This document shows, piece by piece, positions 22,998 to 35,948 of a stretch of 64,000 nucleotides of DNA. The DNA is taken from NCBI GenBank assembly GCA_028687645.1, contig JAQTZQ010000004.1, positions 5,124-69,123 on the forward strand, given 5' to 3'. Every line of letters begins with the position of its first letter. Within the stretch, counting starts at the first letter, position 1. The translations under genes were made by a program, and so were the position numbers. The notes under the pieces were generated by a model, which saw only the letters and a list, made by a program, of their open reading frames with translations, ran no database searches and was not told the origin of the DNA. This DNA comes from Rhodocyclaceae bacterium. Its GTDB lineage: Bacteria; Pseudomonadota; Gammaproteobacteria; Burkholderiales; Rhodocyclaceae.

Positions 22998-23444
22998 ATG
23001 ATCTGGAAACCGAATGTGACTGTTGCCGCCGTCGTTCAACGCGATGGCAAGTTTCTGCTGGTTGAGGAAGAAACTGACGCCGGGCTGGCCTTCAATCAGC
23101 CGGCTGGTCATCTAGAAGAAGGCGAGTCGCTGATCGCTGCCGTCGTGCGCGAAACGCTGGAAGAAACCGCCTACCACTTCAAGCCAACGCATTTAATTGG
23201 TGTGTACAACTGGAAGCACCCGAGCAAGGACGTGACTTATTTGCGTTTTGCCTTTGGCGGCGAGTTGCGCGGTTTTGAGGCAGAGCGCCAGCTGGACGAC
23301 GGCATTGTCGCCGCCCGCTGGTTGACGTTGGCCGAGGTGAAGGAAACGCAGGCGCGCCATCGTAGCCCTTTGATTTTGCGCTGTATTGAGGATTTGATCG
23401 CTGGCAAGCGCTATCCGCTGGATTTGCTGGTGCATTACGATTGA
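22998..23444 (+). CDS. NUDIX hydrolase (NudJ/YmfB-like)
   Basis: WKPNVTVAAVV, NQPAGHLEEGESL..AVVRETLEET Nudix box; upstream of mnmA. Confidence 0.88.
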   Translation: MIWKPNVTVAAVVQRDGKFLLVEEETDAGLAFNQPAGHLEEGESLIAAVVRETLEETAYHFKPTHLIGVYNWKHPSKDVTYLRFAFGGELRGFEAERQLDDGIVAARWLTLAEVKETQARHRSPLILRCIEDLIAGKRYPLDLLVHYD

Positions 23445-23992
23445 TGTTGCGCGCCTGGTTCCTGGGTTTGCTGCTGGCGGGGAACGCAGCTTTTGCCGAC
23501 GAAATTGTGCCGATCTGCCACGGTTATGGCTGCTTGGCTCAGGCGACGATTCAATACGACGAGTCAAGCCTCAATGAAATCGGTGCCGCGCTAAATGTTG
23601 CGGTCGACGCCGAAAATGAGCGGAAAATTTTGGCCGGGGTGATTGGGCAACTGTATGCCTGGGCCGGCGAGCAGTCGGATATCCGCAATGATCGCGGTGG
23701 CAATTTTGCGGATGGAGAGGTGCTTGGCAAAATGGATTGCATCGATCATTCGACGTCAACCACGCGCCTGTTGAATCTGCTTGAAGCGCGGGGCTATTTG
23801 CGTTGGCATCGGGTGCTGGCACCTGAAGTACGCAATTTGATCTGGATTTTCACCGTTCATTGGTCGGCGGTGATTGAAGAGAATGACGGCGCGGCACGTT
23901 TTGTCGTTGATAGCTGGTTTGTTGATAATGGTCAGCCAGCGGTGATTTTGCCGCTGGAAGAATGGAAGAAAGGGGCTGGGCCCGATGTCTAA
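23441..23992 (+). CDS. Exported hypothetical protein
   Basis: Signal peptide; [24 protein letters not shown]; overlaps both neighbours. Confidence 0.7.
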   Translation: MMLRAWFLGLLLAGNAAFADEIVPICHGYGCLAQATIQYDESSLNEIGAALNVAVDAENERKILAGVIGQLYAWAGEQSDIRNDRGGNFADGEVLGKMDCIDHSTSTTRLLNLLEARGYLRWHRVLAPEVRNLIWIFTVHWSAVIEENDGAARFVVDSWFVDNGQPAVILPLEEWKKGAGPDV

Positions 23993-25082
23993 AGGTACTG
24001 TGGTCGTCGGGCTGTCCGGCGGTGTGGATTCGTCCGTAGCGGCGTTGTTGCTCAAGCAGCAGGGCTGGAACGTTATCGGCCTGTTCATGAAAAACTGGGA
24101 GGACGACGATACCGAGGAATACTGCTCGTCGCGCCAGGATCTCGTCGATGTCATGAGCGTCACTGATCGTATCGGTATCGACGTTGAGGTGGTTAATTTC
24201 TCCGCTGAATATCGCGAGCGGGTGTTTGCCGAATTCCTGCGTGAATACAAGGCCGGGCGCACGCCGAACCCGGATGTGCTGTGCAATTCGGAAATCAAGT
24301 TCAAGGCTTTTCTCGATCACGCCATGCAAATGGGCGCCGACAAGATCGCCACCGGCCACTATGCCGGGGTGCGTGAATTCGATGGCGAATTCCAACTGCT
24401 GAAAGCCGAAGACGGCACCAAGGATCAGAGTTATTTTCTCTATCGACTGAATCAGGCACAGCTCTCCAAAACCTTGTTTCCGCTGGCCAATATTTACAAG
24501 CGCGAGGTGCGCAAAATCGCCGAAGCGGAAAATCTGCACGTCGCTGCCAAGAAGGATTCAACCGGCATTTGCTTCATCGGCGAGCGGCCATTCAAGGATT
24601 TTCTCAGCACCTATTTGCCACCGAACAAGGGCGAAATCCGCCGCCTGGATGACGGCAAAGTCATGGGCGAGCACGATGGCTTGATGTACCACACCCTCGG
24701 TCAGCGCAAGGGTTTGCATATTGGCGGGATCAAGGAAAAAGGCCAGCCCGGCGGCAGCGATCACGACGCCTGGTTTGTCGCCGGCAAGGATATGGAAAAG
24801 AACGTGCTGTATGTGGTTCAGGGCCACGATCACCCGGCCTTGTTTAATTCAAGCCTGGTGGCCGAGCAGTTGTCCTGGATTTCAAATCGCCCACCGCATC
24901 CGCATTGGGTGTACACCGCCAAGCCGCGTTACCGCACCACAGATCAGGCCTGCGAGGTTGAGCGTGTTGATGCTGAGAGTTGTCAGATCAATTTTGCCGA
25001 AGCCCAATGGGCATTAACGCCAGGGCAATCGGTGGTGCTTTACGAGAGCCGGGTATGTCTGGGGGGCGGGGTGATTCGCTAG
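23985..25082 (+). CDS. mnmA: tRNA 2-thiouridylase
   Basis: [41 protein letters not shown]. Confidence 0.97.
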   Translation: MSKGTVVVGLSGGVDSSVAALLLKQQGWNVIGLFMKNWEDDDTEEYCSSRQDLVDVMSVTDRIGIDVEVVNFSAEYRERVFAEFLREYKAGRTPNPDVLCNSEIKFKAFLDHAMQMGADKIATGHYAGVREFDGEFQLLKAEDGTKDQSYFLYRLNQAQLSKTLFPLANIYKREVRKIAEAENLHVAAKKDSTGICFIGERPFKDFLSTYLPPNKGEIRRLDDGKVMGEHDGLMYHTLGQRKGLHIGGIKEKGQPGGSDHDAWFVAGKDMEKNVLYVVQGHDHPALFNSSLVAEQLSWISNRPPHPHWVYTAKPRYRTTDQACEVERVDAESCQINFAEAQWALTPGQSVVLYESRVCLGGGVIR

Positions 25083-25087
25083 CAATA

Positions 25088-25112
25088 AAAAGGGCGCCAG
25101 CAGCGCCCTTTT
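25088..25112. terminator. Bidirectional intrinsic terminator between mnmA and gst
   Basis: AAAAGGGCGC-CAGCA-GCGCCCTTTT hairpin between convergent genes. Confidence 0.75.
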
Positions 25113-25116
25113 TAGC

Positions 25117-25725
25117 TCAGTCGTGCGGAACAGTCTCCGCTAGCGAGGGCCGCAGCATCAGCTTGGCGTAGAGCTTGCCCAGATTCGGGTGGCTTTCTTG
25201 CCAGTTGATATCGGCAAAGCGAAATGCCAGGTAACCCAGTGCGGTGCCTACGGCAATGTCGGCCATCGAAAAATGGGTGCCGGTACAGAAAGGCTTTTCC
25301 CCGAGTTGCTCAGACATGAATTCCAGCGAGCGGGTGATTTTGTCTTGCTGGCGGCTGATCGCGCTGGCGCTTTGTTCCTTTTTGGGGCGTTTGGCCTCAA
25401 GGAAGGCGCTTGTAGCGGCATCGCAAATGCCATCGGCCAGCGCTTCCCAACGCTTGACTTCGATGCGCTCGCGGTTGGGGGCAGGGAACAGCTTGTTGTT
25501 CGGCGTCACGGCGTCGATGTATTCAACGATGACGCGTGAGTCGAATAACGGCGTCTCGTCGTCAAGCAGCAGCACCGGAATTTTGCCCAGCGGGTTGAGA
25601 TTGGGAACGCCACTTTCGGGCAGCCATGGGGAGTCGATCACAAAATCGTAGTCGATTTTCTTTTCGGCCAGCACGGCGCGTACTTTGCGGACGTAAGGGC
25701 TGGTGTAGGAACCGATCAGCTTCAT
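25117..25725 (-). CDS. Glutathione S-transferase family protein
   Basis: SPYVRKVR, NPLGKIPVL, FDSRVIVEY, ADIAV. Confidence 0.9.
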   Translation of the reverse strand: MKLIGSYTSPYVRKVRAVLAEKKIDYDFVIDSPWLPESGVPNLNPLGKIPVLLLDDETPLFDSRVIVEYIDAVTPNNKLFPAPNRERIEVKRWEALADGICDAATSAFLEAKRPKKEQSASAISRQQDKITRSLEFMSEQLGEKPFCTGTHFSMADIAVGTALGYLAFRFADINWQESHPNLGKLYAKLMLRPSLAETVPHD

Positions 25726-25807
25726 CGCATACTCTTGGATTTGGGGAGCCCGATTATAGCGTATGGCGCTGGGTCGGCTAGGGCAGGTAAAATTATCGGC
25801 TTACTGA

Positions 25808-27202
<1,395 letters not shown>

Positions 27203-27478
27203 ATGCAGTGCGCCAAATGTGGCCAGGAGGTGCCGGCGGAGGCGATTTATTGCCCGCATTGCACCGGTGATCGTAAAACCACTGACCGCCAGGTGATGCA
27301 GGGGGGCGTTAAAGGCGCACTCATCGGCTTTTTTATCGGGCTGTTACCAGCCATCTGGTTGCTAAATCAATACGGTGCTGTGCGCGGCATCAAGGCCATT
27401 GCTGTCATCCTGCCGTTGACCGGTCTGGCCACCGGCCTGACTTATGGGTTGGTGCGCGCCAAGAGGGAATGGAAATAA
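27203..27478 (+). CDS. Zinc-ribbon membrane protein
   Basis: CAKC...CPHC followed by two TM segments. Confidence 0.65.
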   Translation: MQCAKCGQEVPAEAIYCPHCTGDRKTTDRQVMQGGVKGALIGFFIGLLPAIWLLNQYGAVRGIKAIAVILPLTGLATGLTYGLVRAKREWK

Positions 27479-27796
27479 ATGTCTTTTGCTGAGAATTTAA
27501 AAAAACTGCCGGGGATTTCTCATCTGGCTGCGGTCAATCTGCTGGATGGCGAAGAAAAAATTGTTGCCAGTATCGAAAACAAACCAGGTAGCCAGGGCTC
27601 ACTGGCGGTGTACAACCATCTGGCCCAGACCTACGGTTCGATCAATCTGGAGGCGGCCAAAAAAGGCTTGGAGATATTTGCAGAGCATACGGATGATGCG
27701 CGTGCCAATCCGGGCAAACATCCCAATATCGATCGCCTGATTGCGATTGAGTGCGGTCAACCGGCTTTACGGGTCAAACACGCTTTTGCTGTGTGA
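27479..27796 (+). CDS. DUF2322-family protein
   Basis: IENKPGSQGSLAVY...AAKKGL..FAEH..DA..NPGKHPNIDRL. Confidence 0.75.
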   Translation: MSFAENLKKLPGISHLAAVNLLDGEEKIVASIENKPGSQGSLAVYNHLAQTYGSINLEAAKKGLEIFAEHTDDARANPGKHPNIDRLIAIECGQPALRVKHAFAV

Positions 27797-27926
27797 GTCG
27801 CTGTTTAAAAAACATCAGTTGGAGGATGAAAATTAATCATCATTGAAGATCTTGGGCGAAGTTGACAGCGGCTATAATCTTCGTTTGTTAGCATTTGTTA
27901 ATATACCAACCCACGGAGAAGCAATA

Positions 27927-28382
27927 ATGAAATCCAAGCTACTACTCGCTTTGCTGGCCCTTACCTTGACGGGTTTTGCCAATGCTCAGGTCAAGCCGGA
28001 AGAGGCAATCAAATTCCGGCAGTCCGGTTATGGCTTCATGGCCTGGAACATGGGGCGGATTAAATCCAACGTTGAAGGTGCCTACAATAAGGACGAGGTC
28101 ATCAAGGCTGCCAACGCCATTCAGGCCATAGCCAATTCTGGCATGGGCGCGCTCTACCTCCCGGGGACCGACAAGGGGACGGGCTGGGAAAAGACCCGCG
28201 TCAAACCCGAATTTTTTACCAACAAGGAAGGCGTGACCAAGGTTGCCCTTGCCTTTGGTAAAGAAGCCAACGAAATGGCCAAAGTCGCTGCGACAGGTGA
28301 TGCCGCTGCCGTCAAGGCTCAATTGGGAAAATTGGGCAGCACCTGCAAAGGCTGTCATGACGACTTCAAAATCAAGGACTAA
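27927..28382 (+). CDS. Cytochrome c' (class II c-type cytochrome)
   Basis: Signal peptide; C-terminal CKGCH heme motif; ATG 27927 with GGAG RBS. Confidence 0.9.
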   Translation: MKSKLLLALLALTLTGFANAQVKPEEAIKFRQSGYGFMAWNMGRIKSNVEGAYNKDEVIKAANAIQAIANSGMGALYLPGTDKGTGWEKTRVKPEFFTNKEGVTKVALAFGKEANEMAKVAATGDAAAVKAQLGKLGSTCKGCHDDFKIKD

Positions 28383-28404
28383 GTTACCTGAGCTTGCATG
28401 ATTT

Positions 28405-28435
28405 AAAACAGGCACCGTTTGGTGCCTGTTTTTTT
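28405..28435 (+). terminator. Intrinsic terminator after cytochrome c'
   Basis: AAAACAGGCACC-GTTT-GGTGCCTGTTTTTTT. Confidence 0.75.
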
Positions 28436-28462
28436 CCAGATCATAAAAATGGCAGGATCAAA

Positions 28463-29155
28463 ATGAATCGCAAACGTATCCGTCTTTGGGATTTGCCAAC
28501 ACGCCTGTTTCACTGGCTACTCGCCCTCTGCGTCGCCGCCTCCATCGTCAGCGGGCAACTGGGCGGTAATTTGATTGACTGGCACGGCAGAATTGGCGTT
28601 TTTGTCGTCGGCCTGATTGTGTTTCGTCTGGTTTGGGGTCTGCTGGGCTCGACTTATGCACGCTTTGCTCAGTTTTTTCCGACGCCGAGTAAGGTTAGTA
28701 CCTATTTGCGTGGTGAGTGGCAAGGTTTGGGCCATAACCCGCTGGGGGCGTTTTCGGTTTTTGGACTGCTTGGGCTGCTCGCCTTCCAGGTTTTTTCCGG
28801 CCTGTTTTCCAATGACGACATCACCTTTGTCGGGCCGCTCTTTGATTTGGTTAGTAAAGATTTAAGTAATCAGCTCACCGGTCTACACAAACAGGCGTCG
28901 ACATTGCTGTTTATCCTGATCGGCCTCCATCTGGCGGCGATTGCCTTTTATGGGCAGGTTAAAAAGGACAATTTGATCAAGCCGATGATTTCAGGCTGGA
29001 AAGAAGCCGAGCAGGGAGAGTCTGCCCAGGGTGGTGGCGTTTTATCCTTGATTTTTGCGCTGATCATCGCGGCGGCTGCGGTCTATGGCGCCAGCGGTGC
29101 CTGGTTGCCGGATCAGCCACCACCCCCGCCAGCGGCCGAGACGCCCAGTTGGTGA
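28463..29155 (+). CDS. Cytochrome b/b6 domain protein
   Basis: WDLPTRLFHW, WH, GHNPLGA, LHLAAI heme-ligand His motifs. Confidence 0.85.
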   Translation: MNRKRIRLWDLPTRLFHWLLALCVAASIVSGQLGGNLIDWHGRIGVFVVGLIVFRLVWGLLGSTYARFAQFFPTPSKVSTYLRGEWQGLGHNPLGAFSVFGLLGLLAFQVFSGLFSNDDITFVGPLFDLVSKDLSNQLTGLHKQASTLLFILIGLHLAAIAFYGQVKKDNLIKPMISGWKEAEQGESAQGGGVLSLIFALIIAAAAVYGASGAWLPDQPPPPPAAETPSW

Positions 29156-29242
29156 TGCATCGGCTTGTTCAAGGCCACGACATTCCAGAAGAATGCTTGG
29201 GGTCTTCTGTTAAAATCGCCGGTCTTTTTCAGGAATAACACT

Positions 29243-30055
29243 TTGTCTGACGACATTCTGGTCGACATTCAGGACCTGCATTTCAAGTTTGATGAGCGCC
29301 CTGTGCTTGAGGGAATCAACATGAAGATTCCGCGCGGCAAGGTGGTGGCCATCATGGGCGGGTCCGGGTGCGGCAAGACAACCCTGTTGCGTTGTATCGG
29401 TGGTCAGTTACGGCCGACTGCGGGGTCGGTGCGTCTCGATCAGCATCAGGTTCACCAGATGTCGCATAAAGATTTGTATCGGTTGCGCCGCAAAATGGGC
29501 ATGCTGTTCCAGTTCGGTGCGCTGTTTACCGACATGAGCGTGTTCGAGAATGTCGCATTTCCGATTCGTGAGCACACCGATATGTCGGAAGCCATGATTC
29601 GTGATCTGGTCTTGATGAAGCTGGAGGCAGTTGGTTTGCGTGGCGCCAGCGAACTGATGCCGGGCGAGCTTTCCGGCGGCATGGCGCGGCGTGTGGCGCT
29701 GGCGCGGGCGGTCGCACTAGACCCGATGTTGATCATGTACGACGAGCCGTTCACCGGTCTTGACCCGATCGCCCTGAGCGTCATTGGTCAGTTGATCCGC
29801 AAATTGAACGATGCGCTCGGCGCGACTTCAATCATGGTGACGCACGATGTGCAGGAGTCGCTGCTGATCGTCGATTACATTTATTTTGTCTCGCAGGGGC
29901 GCATTGTTGCGCAAGGCACGCCGGACGAAATCCGTGCCTCGAAGGATCCGTTTGTGCATCAGTTTGTCCATGCCGAGCCGGATGGCCCGGTGCATTTTGA
30001 TTACCCGGCCCCACCGGTGCGTCAGGCATTTTTAGGCGAGGTGGCGCGTGCTTAA
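29243..30055 (+). CDS. mlaF: Mla ABC transporter ATPase (TTG 29243 chosen; ORF track starts at 29165)
   Basis: GGSGCGKT, LSGGM, YDEPFTGLDP; heads the mla operon. Confidence 0.9.
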   Translation: MSDDILVDIQDLHFKFDERPVLEGINMKIPRGKVVAIMGGSGCGKTTLLRCIGGQLRPTAGSVRLDQHQVHQMSHKDLYRLRRKMGMLFQFGALFTDMSVFENVAFPIREHTDMSEAMIRDLVLMKLEAVGLRGASELMPGELSGGMARRVALARAVALDPMLIMYDEPFTGLDPIALSVIGQLIRKLNDALGATSIMVTHDVQESLLIVDYIYFVSQGRIVAQGTPDEIRASKDPFVHQFVHAEPDGPVHFDYPAPPVRQAFLGEVARA

Positions 30056-30842
30056 TCCGGTCAGTTGGGCGCAGAAAATTGGCCATGCAACTGTTGATGC
30101 CATCTGGCGCCTGGGATTTGCCGCACGCTTCTTCTTCGCTGTCCTGATGTATTCCGGCACCTCGTTTCGTCGCCTGCATCTGACGCTGCGCGAGATTTTT
30201 TTCAGTGGCGTACTGTCATTGCTGATTATTCTGGTCTCAGGCTTGTTCGTTGGTTTGGTGCTTGGCTTGCAGGGCTACGAAACCTTGCAGCGCTATGGCT
30301 CGACCGAGGCGCTGGGCACGCTGGTGGCGCTGTCCTTGACGCGTGAATTGGGCCCGGTGCTGGCGGCGATCTTGTTTGCTTCGCGTGCCGGTTCGTCGGT
30401 GACTGCTGAAATTGGCCTGATGAAAGCGACCGAGCAATTGAAGGCGATGGACATGATGGCGATCAATCCGATTGCCCGCGTCGTCGCGCCGCGCTTCTGG
30501 GGCGGCGTCATCGCCATGCCGCTGCTGGCCGCCATGTTTTCCGCCATGGGTATTTTTGGCGGCTGGCTGATTGGTGTCGTCTTTATTGGCGTCGACGACG
30601 GAGCCTTCTGGTCGCAGATGCAGGCCTCTGTCGATTTTCGCTACGATATCTGGAACGGTGTGATCAAAAGCCTGGTTTTTGGGGTGGCGGTGTCGCTGAT
30701 TGCGGTTTTTGAAGGCTATGACTCGGCGCCAACTGCCGAGGGCGTATCGCGGGCTATTACCCGTACTGTCGTGACTTCCGCGCTGACTATTCTGGCGTTG
30801 GATTTCGTTTTAACCTCGTTCATGTTCCGGGGAACATCATGA
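30048..30842 (+). CDS. mlaE: Mla permease
   Basis: RELGPV, GSSVTAEIGLMKATEQL. Confidence 0.93.
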   Translation: MLNPVSWAQKIGHATVDAIWRLGFAARFFFAVLMYSGTSFRRLHLTLREIFFSGVLSLLIILVSGLFVGLVLGLQGYETLQRYGSTEALGTLVALSLTRELGPVLAAILFASRAGSSVTAEIGLMKATEQLKAMDMMAINPIARVVAPRFWGGVIAMPLLAAMFSAMGIFGGWLIGVVFIGVDDGAFWSQMQASVDFRYDIWNGVIKSLVFGVAVSLIAVFEGYDSAPTAEGVSRAITRTVVTSALTILALDFVLTSFMFRGTS

Positions 30843-31309
30843 GCCGTAAAATTCTCGACCTGTGGGTTGGATTCTTTGTCCTGATCGGCATCATCGCCCT
30901 GTTGTTTTTAGCTTTGAAAGTGGGGAACCTTTCCTCTGCTCACATGGCCCAAACTTACGAGCTGGAAGCCAAGTTTGATAACATCGGCGGCTTGAAAGTC
31001 CGTGGCCCGGTCAAGAGTGCTGGCGTTGTCGTTGGACGGATTGCAGAAATAAAATTTGATCCGGTTTCGTATGAGGCAGTGGTGATAATGACCATCGATG
31101 GTCGTTATCAATTCCCCAAAGATACCTTTGCTTCAATTTATACGGCGGGTTTGCTGGGTGAGCAATACATAGGGTTTGATGCCGGGGGCGATGAAAAAAT
31201 GCTCAAGGCGGGTGACAAGATCATGAAGACACAATCAGCGGTAGTGCTTGAAAAATTGATCAGTCAGTTCTTGTTTAGCAAGGCAGCAGATGGACAGGAT
31301 AAAAAATGA
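30839..31309 (+). CDS. mlaD: MCE-domain protein
   Basis: FDNIGGLKVRGPVKSAGVVVG, TAGLLGEQYI. Confidence 0.93.
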   Translation: MSRKILDLWVGFFVLIGIIALLFLALKVGNLSSAHMAQTYELEAKFDNIGGLKVRGPVKSAGVVVGRIAEIKFDPVSYEAVVIMTIDGRYQFPKDTFASIYTAGLLGEQYIGFDAGGDEKMLKAGDKIMKTQSAVVLEKLISQFLFSKAADGQDKK

Positions 31310-32034
31310 ACAGGTTTTTTGGTGCAATCGAGGCAAAAGCCAGGGCTAGATGGCTGATTGGTGCTCTGTTTGTGCTTTGTGCCGGGATGGTTTTGGCCGA
31401 CGAGAATCCGCGTGACCCTTATGAGGATTTCAACCGCTCCATGTATTCAGTGAATGACGCACTGGATCGTGCTGCACTCAAGCCAGTTGCCAAAGCTTAT
31501 GACAGCGTTTTGCCCTTGCCGGTACGTGCCGGGGTTGGTAATTTTTTCGGCAATGCCGGTGATCTCTGGATTGGTATCAATGATGTGATGCAGGGTAAGT
31601 TTGCCGATGCTGGTATTGATGCCACACGTCTGCTGGTGAATTCGACCTTGGGTATTTTTGGCTTTTTTGATGTGGCTAGCGAGATGGGGCTCGACAAGCA
31701 TGACGAAGATTTTGGTCAGACCATGGCTGTTTGGGGAGTGCCGAGTGGCCCTTATCTCTTTTGGCCTTTTATCGGCCCGCGTTCTGTTCGCGACACGGCC
31801 GGTTGGTTAGCCGACACCTTTGTTGATCCGGTATGGAGCGTGCGCACGCGAACAGAGTTAGTGCGCAATAGTTTGGTTGTAACCCGCTTTGTTGATGTGC
31901 GTGCGGGACTGTTGCCTGCCGACAGGGTGGTTGACGAAGGTGCGCTAGATAAATATGCCTACATCCGCGATGCTTACATGCAGCGTCGTCGTAACCAGAT
32001 TTTCGATGGCCGTCCGCCACGTATTGATGATTAA
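31306..32034 (+). CDS. mlaA: VacJ/MlaA family protein
   Basis: DPYEDFNR, NSTLGIFG, EDFGQT, GPYL.WPFIGP.SVRD. Confidence 0.9.
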   Translation: MNRFFGAIEAKARARWLIGALFVLCAGMVLADENPRDPYEDFNRSMYSVNDALDRAALKPVAKAYDSVLPLPVRAGVGNFFGNAGDLWIGINDVMQGKFADAGIDATRLLVNSTLGIFGFFDVASEMGLDKHDEDFGQTMAVWGVPSGPYLFWPFIGPRSVRDTAGWLADTFVDPVWSVRTRTELVRNSLVVTRFVDVRAGLLPADRVVDEGALDKYAYIRDAYMQRRRNQIFDGRPPRIDD

Positions 32035-32052
32035 CCTCTGCTCCGAACCATA

Positions 32053-32673
32053 ATGAAAAATTTTTTTCCTTTTCTTTTTGCCGCTTTTATCTCAGCGGGC
32101 GCTTTTGCTCAAGAGGCGCCTGATGTACTGATCAAAAAAGTCACCGATGAAGTGCTGGAAATCGTTCGTAATGATAAAGATATCCAGAATGGCGACACGC
32201 ACAAGGCAATCGCGCTGGTTGATGCGCAGATTTTGCCGCATTTCAATTTTCCTCACATGACCGCTTTGGCGGTTGGCAAAGATTGGCGCAAGGCCACTAC
32301 GCAGCAGCAGCAGCAGCTGACGGCGGAGTTCAAAACTTTGCTGGTGCGGACTTATTCAAATGCCCTGACTGGTTATCGGGATCAGAAGGTCAAATTCAAA
32401 CCCATCAAAATTGGCGCTGCAGATACCGATGTGCTGATTCGTTCCGAAATCCAGCAATCCGGTTCCAAGCCAGTGCAACTCGATTACAGCATGGAGAAGC
32501 TGGATAGCGGCTGGAAGGTTTACGACGTAACGGTTGCCGGGATTAGCCTGGTGACCAATTATCGTGATCAATTTGGTCAGGAAATCCGTAACGGTGGCAT
32601 TGATGGACTGATTCAAACCATCGCCGCTAAAAACAAATCACTTGAGTCCACGCTGGTCAAGGCGAGCAAGTAA
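32053..32673 (+). CDS. mlaC: Periplasmic phospholipid shuttle
   Basis: LLVRTYS, WKVYDV.VAGISLV.NYR. Confidence 0.92.
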   Translation: MKNFFPFLFAAFISAGAFAQEAPDVLIKKVTDEVLEIVRNDKDIQNGDTHKAIALVDAQILPHFNFPHMTALAVGKDWRKATTQQQQQLTAEFKTLLVRTYSNALTGYRDQKVKFKPIKIGAADTDVLIRSEIQQSGSKPVQLDYSMEKLDSGWKVYDVTVAGISLVTNYRDQFGQEIRNGGIDGLIQTIAAKNKSLESTLVKASK

Positions 32674-32981
32674 TGATTGAAACGGCGCCGGGACGCCTGA
32701 TCGTGACCGCGCCGTTGGTCATGGACAATGCCTGCAAATTGCTGGCCGCCGGCTGCTCGGCCTTGCAACCTGGCGAACAGGTGATTGATCTGGGCCGGGT
32801 CACTGAAGCTGATTCGTCCGCGCTGGCCGTCATGCTGGGCTGGTTGCGGGCGGCTGAATCATTACACCCCAAGAGTGCTTCCTGCGGGGCGCGGTCAACC
32901 GTCAAATTTGCGAATATTCCTGCGGGTGTGCGTTCGCTGGCCGAACTCTACGGCATCACTGAACTTCTGCCGCTCGCCTGA
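32673..32981 (+). CDS. mlaB: STAS-domain protein
   Basis: IDL..V...DSSALA; LAELYG. Confidence 0.85.
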   Translation: MIETAPGRLIVTAPLVMDNACKLLAAGCSALQPGEQVIDLGRVTEADSSALAVMLGWLRAAESLHPKSASCGARSTVKFANIPAGVRSLAELYGITELLPLA

Positions 32982-32986
32982 GCGCT

Positions 32987-33706
32987 TTGCCGATGACCGC
33001 TGCTGTTTCCATTATTGACGCCGTCAAGCATTTTGGCTCGCTAAAAGCGCTGGCCGGTGTCTCGCTGGAGATCGAACAGGGAGAATTTTTCGGTTTGCTT
33101 GGTCAGAATGGCGCCGGCAAAACCACGCTGATTTCCTCCCTCGCCGGCCTCGTGCGGCCCGATTCTGGCACCCTGAAAGTGCTAGGTTACGACGTCATCA
33201 AGGATTTTCGTGAGGCACGTCGGCGTTTGGGCGTGGTGCCGCAGGAACTGGTTTTTGACCCCTTCTTCAATGTTCGCGAAACCTTGCAGATTCAGTCCGG
33301 CTACTTTGGCATTCGCAAGAATGATGACTGGATCGACGAAATTCTGGCCAATCTTGATTTGACCAGCAAGGCCAACGTCAATATGCGCCGCCTGTCCGGT
33401 GGCATGAAGCGCCGCGTGCTGGTGGCCCAGGCCCTGGTGCACAAACCGCCGGTGATTGTGCTGGATGAGCCAACGGCGGGGGTCGATGTCGAGCTGCGTC
33501 AGGGCTTGTGGCAATTTGTCCGGCGCCTGAATAGCGAAGGCCACACGATTATTTTGACCACCCATTACCTGGAAGAGGCGGAGAGCCTTTGCGGGCGAAT
33601 CGCGCTGATGAAGCAGGGCAGGGTGATGGCGCTTGATACAACGGCCAACCTGATGTCTGCCGGCGATACGCTGGAAGAGGTGTTTGTCCGGACGATGCGA
33701 CTATGA
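32987..33706 (+). CDS. ABC transporter ATP-binding protein (YadG-like)
   Basis: GQNGAGKT, LSGGM, LDEPTAGVD. Confidence 0.9.
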   Translation: MPMTAAVSIIDAVKHFGSLKALAGVSLEIEQGEFFGLLGQNGAGKTTLISSLAGLVRPDSGTLKVLGYDVIKDFREARRRLGVVPQELVFDPFFNVRETLQIQSGYFGIRKNDDWIDEILANLDLTSKANVNMRRLSGGMKRRVLVAQALVHKPPVIVLDEPTAGVDVELRQGLWQFVRRLNSEGHTIILTTHYLEEAESLCGRIALMKQGRVMALDTTANLMSAGDTLEEVFVRTMRL

Positions 33707-34455
33707 TCGGCTTCTGGACGCTTTTCTATAAAGAAATCCTGCGCTTCTGGAAGGTGGCTTTTCAGACGGTGGGCGCCCCCGTCTTGACTGCTCTGCTTTA
33801 CCTGATGATTTTTGGTCATGTACTGGATGAGCACGTCAAGGTTCATGGCGTGCCTTACACTTCCTTTCTGGTGCCTGGGTTGGTGATGATGCAGGTGCTG
33901 CAAAACGCCTTTGCAAATTCATCATCCAGCCTAATTCAGGCCAAAATAACTGGCTCCATTGTTTTTGTCCTGTTGCCGCCGATTCCCTACAGTGCATTTT
34001 TTGCCGCCTACGTTCTGGCCGCCATGGCGCGTGGCTTGATGGTTGGCGTCGGTGTCTTGCTCGCTACCTTGTGGTTCACCGAATTGAAGCTGGTCGCGCC
34101 GCTGTGGATACTGGCGTTTGCCTTGTTGGGCGGCTCGCTTTTTGGTGCGTTGGGCATGATCGCCGGCATCTGGTCGGAAAAGTTTGACCAGCTGGCCGGT
34201 TTCCAGAATTTTTTAATCATGCCCCTGACCATGCTTTCCGGGGTTTTCTATTCGATTTACACTTTGCCAAACTTTTGGCAGCATGTGTCGCATTACAATC
34301 CTGTCTTTTACATGATTGACGGCTTTCGTTATGGCTTTTTCGGCGTCTCTGACGTTGCACCGGAAATTAGCCTGGCAGTCGTCTTTGCCTGCTTTACGGC
34401 GGTGTCCTTGCTGACACTCAGCCTCTTAAAGCGCGGTTGGAAGTTGAGAACCTAA
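33703..34455 (+). CDS. ABC-2 type permease (YadH-like)
   Basis: FLVPGLVMM, NAFANSSSS, LSGVFYSI, NPVFYMIDGFRYG. Confidence 0.9.
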   Translation: MIGFWTLFYKEILRFWKVAFQTVGAPVLTALLYLMIFGHVLDEHVKVHGVPYTSFLVPGLVMMQVLQNAFANSSSSLIQAKITGSIVFVLLPPIPYSAFFAAYVLAAMARGLMVGVGVLLATLWFTELKLVAPLWILAFALLGGSLFGALGMIAGIWSEKFDQLAGFQNFLIMPLTMLSGVFYSIYTLPNFWQHVSHYNPVFYMIDGFRYGFFGVSDVAPEISLAVVFACFTAVSLLTLSLLKRGWKLRT

Positions 34456-34459
34456 AAAC

Positions 34460-35948
<1,489 letters not shown>

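Noticed and set aside
27862-27878. TTGACA and TATAAT upstream of cytochrome c'
   Set aside because: They are only 5 bp apart, so they cannot be a -35/-10 pair.
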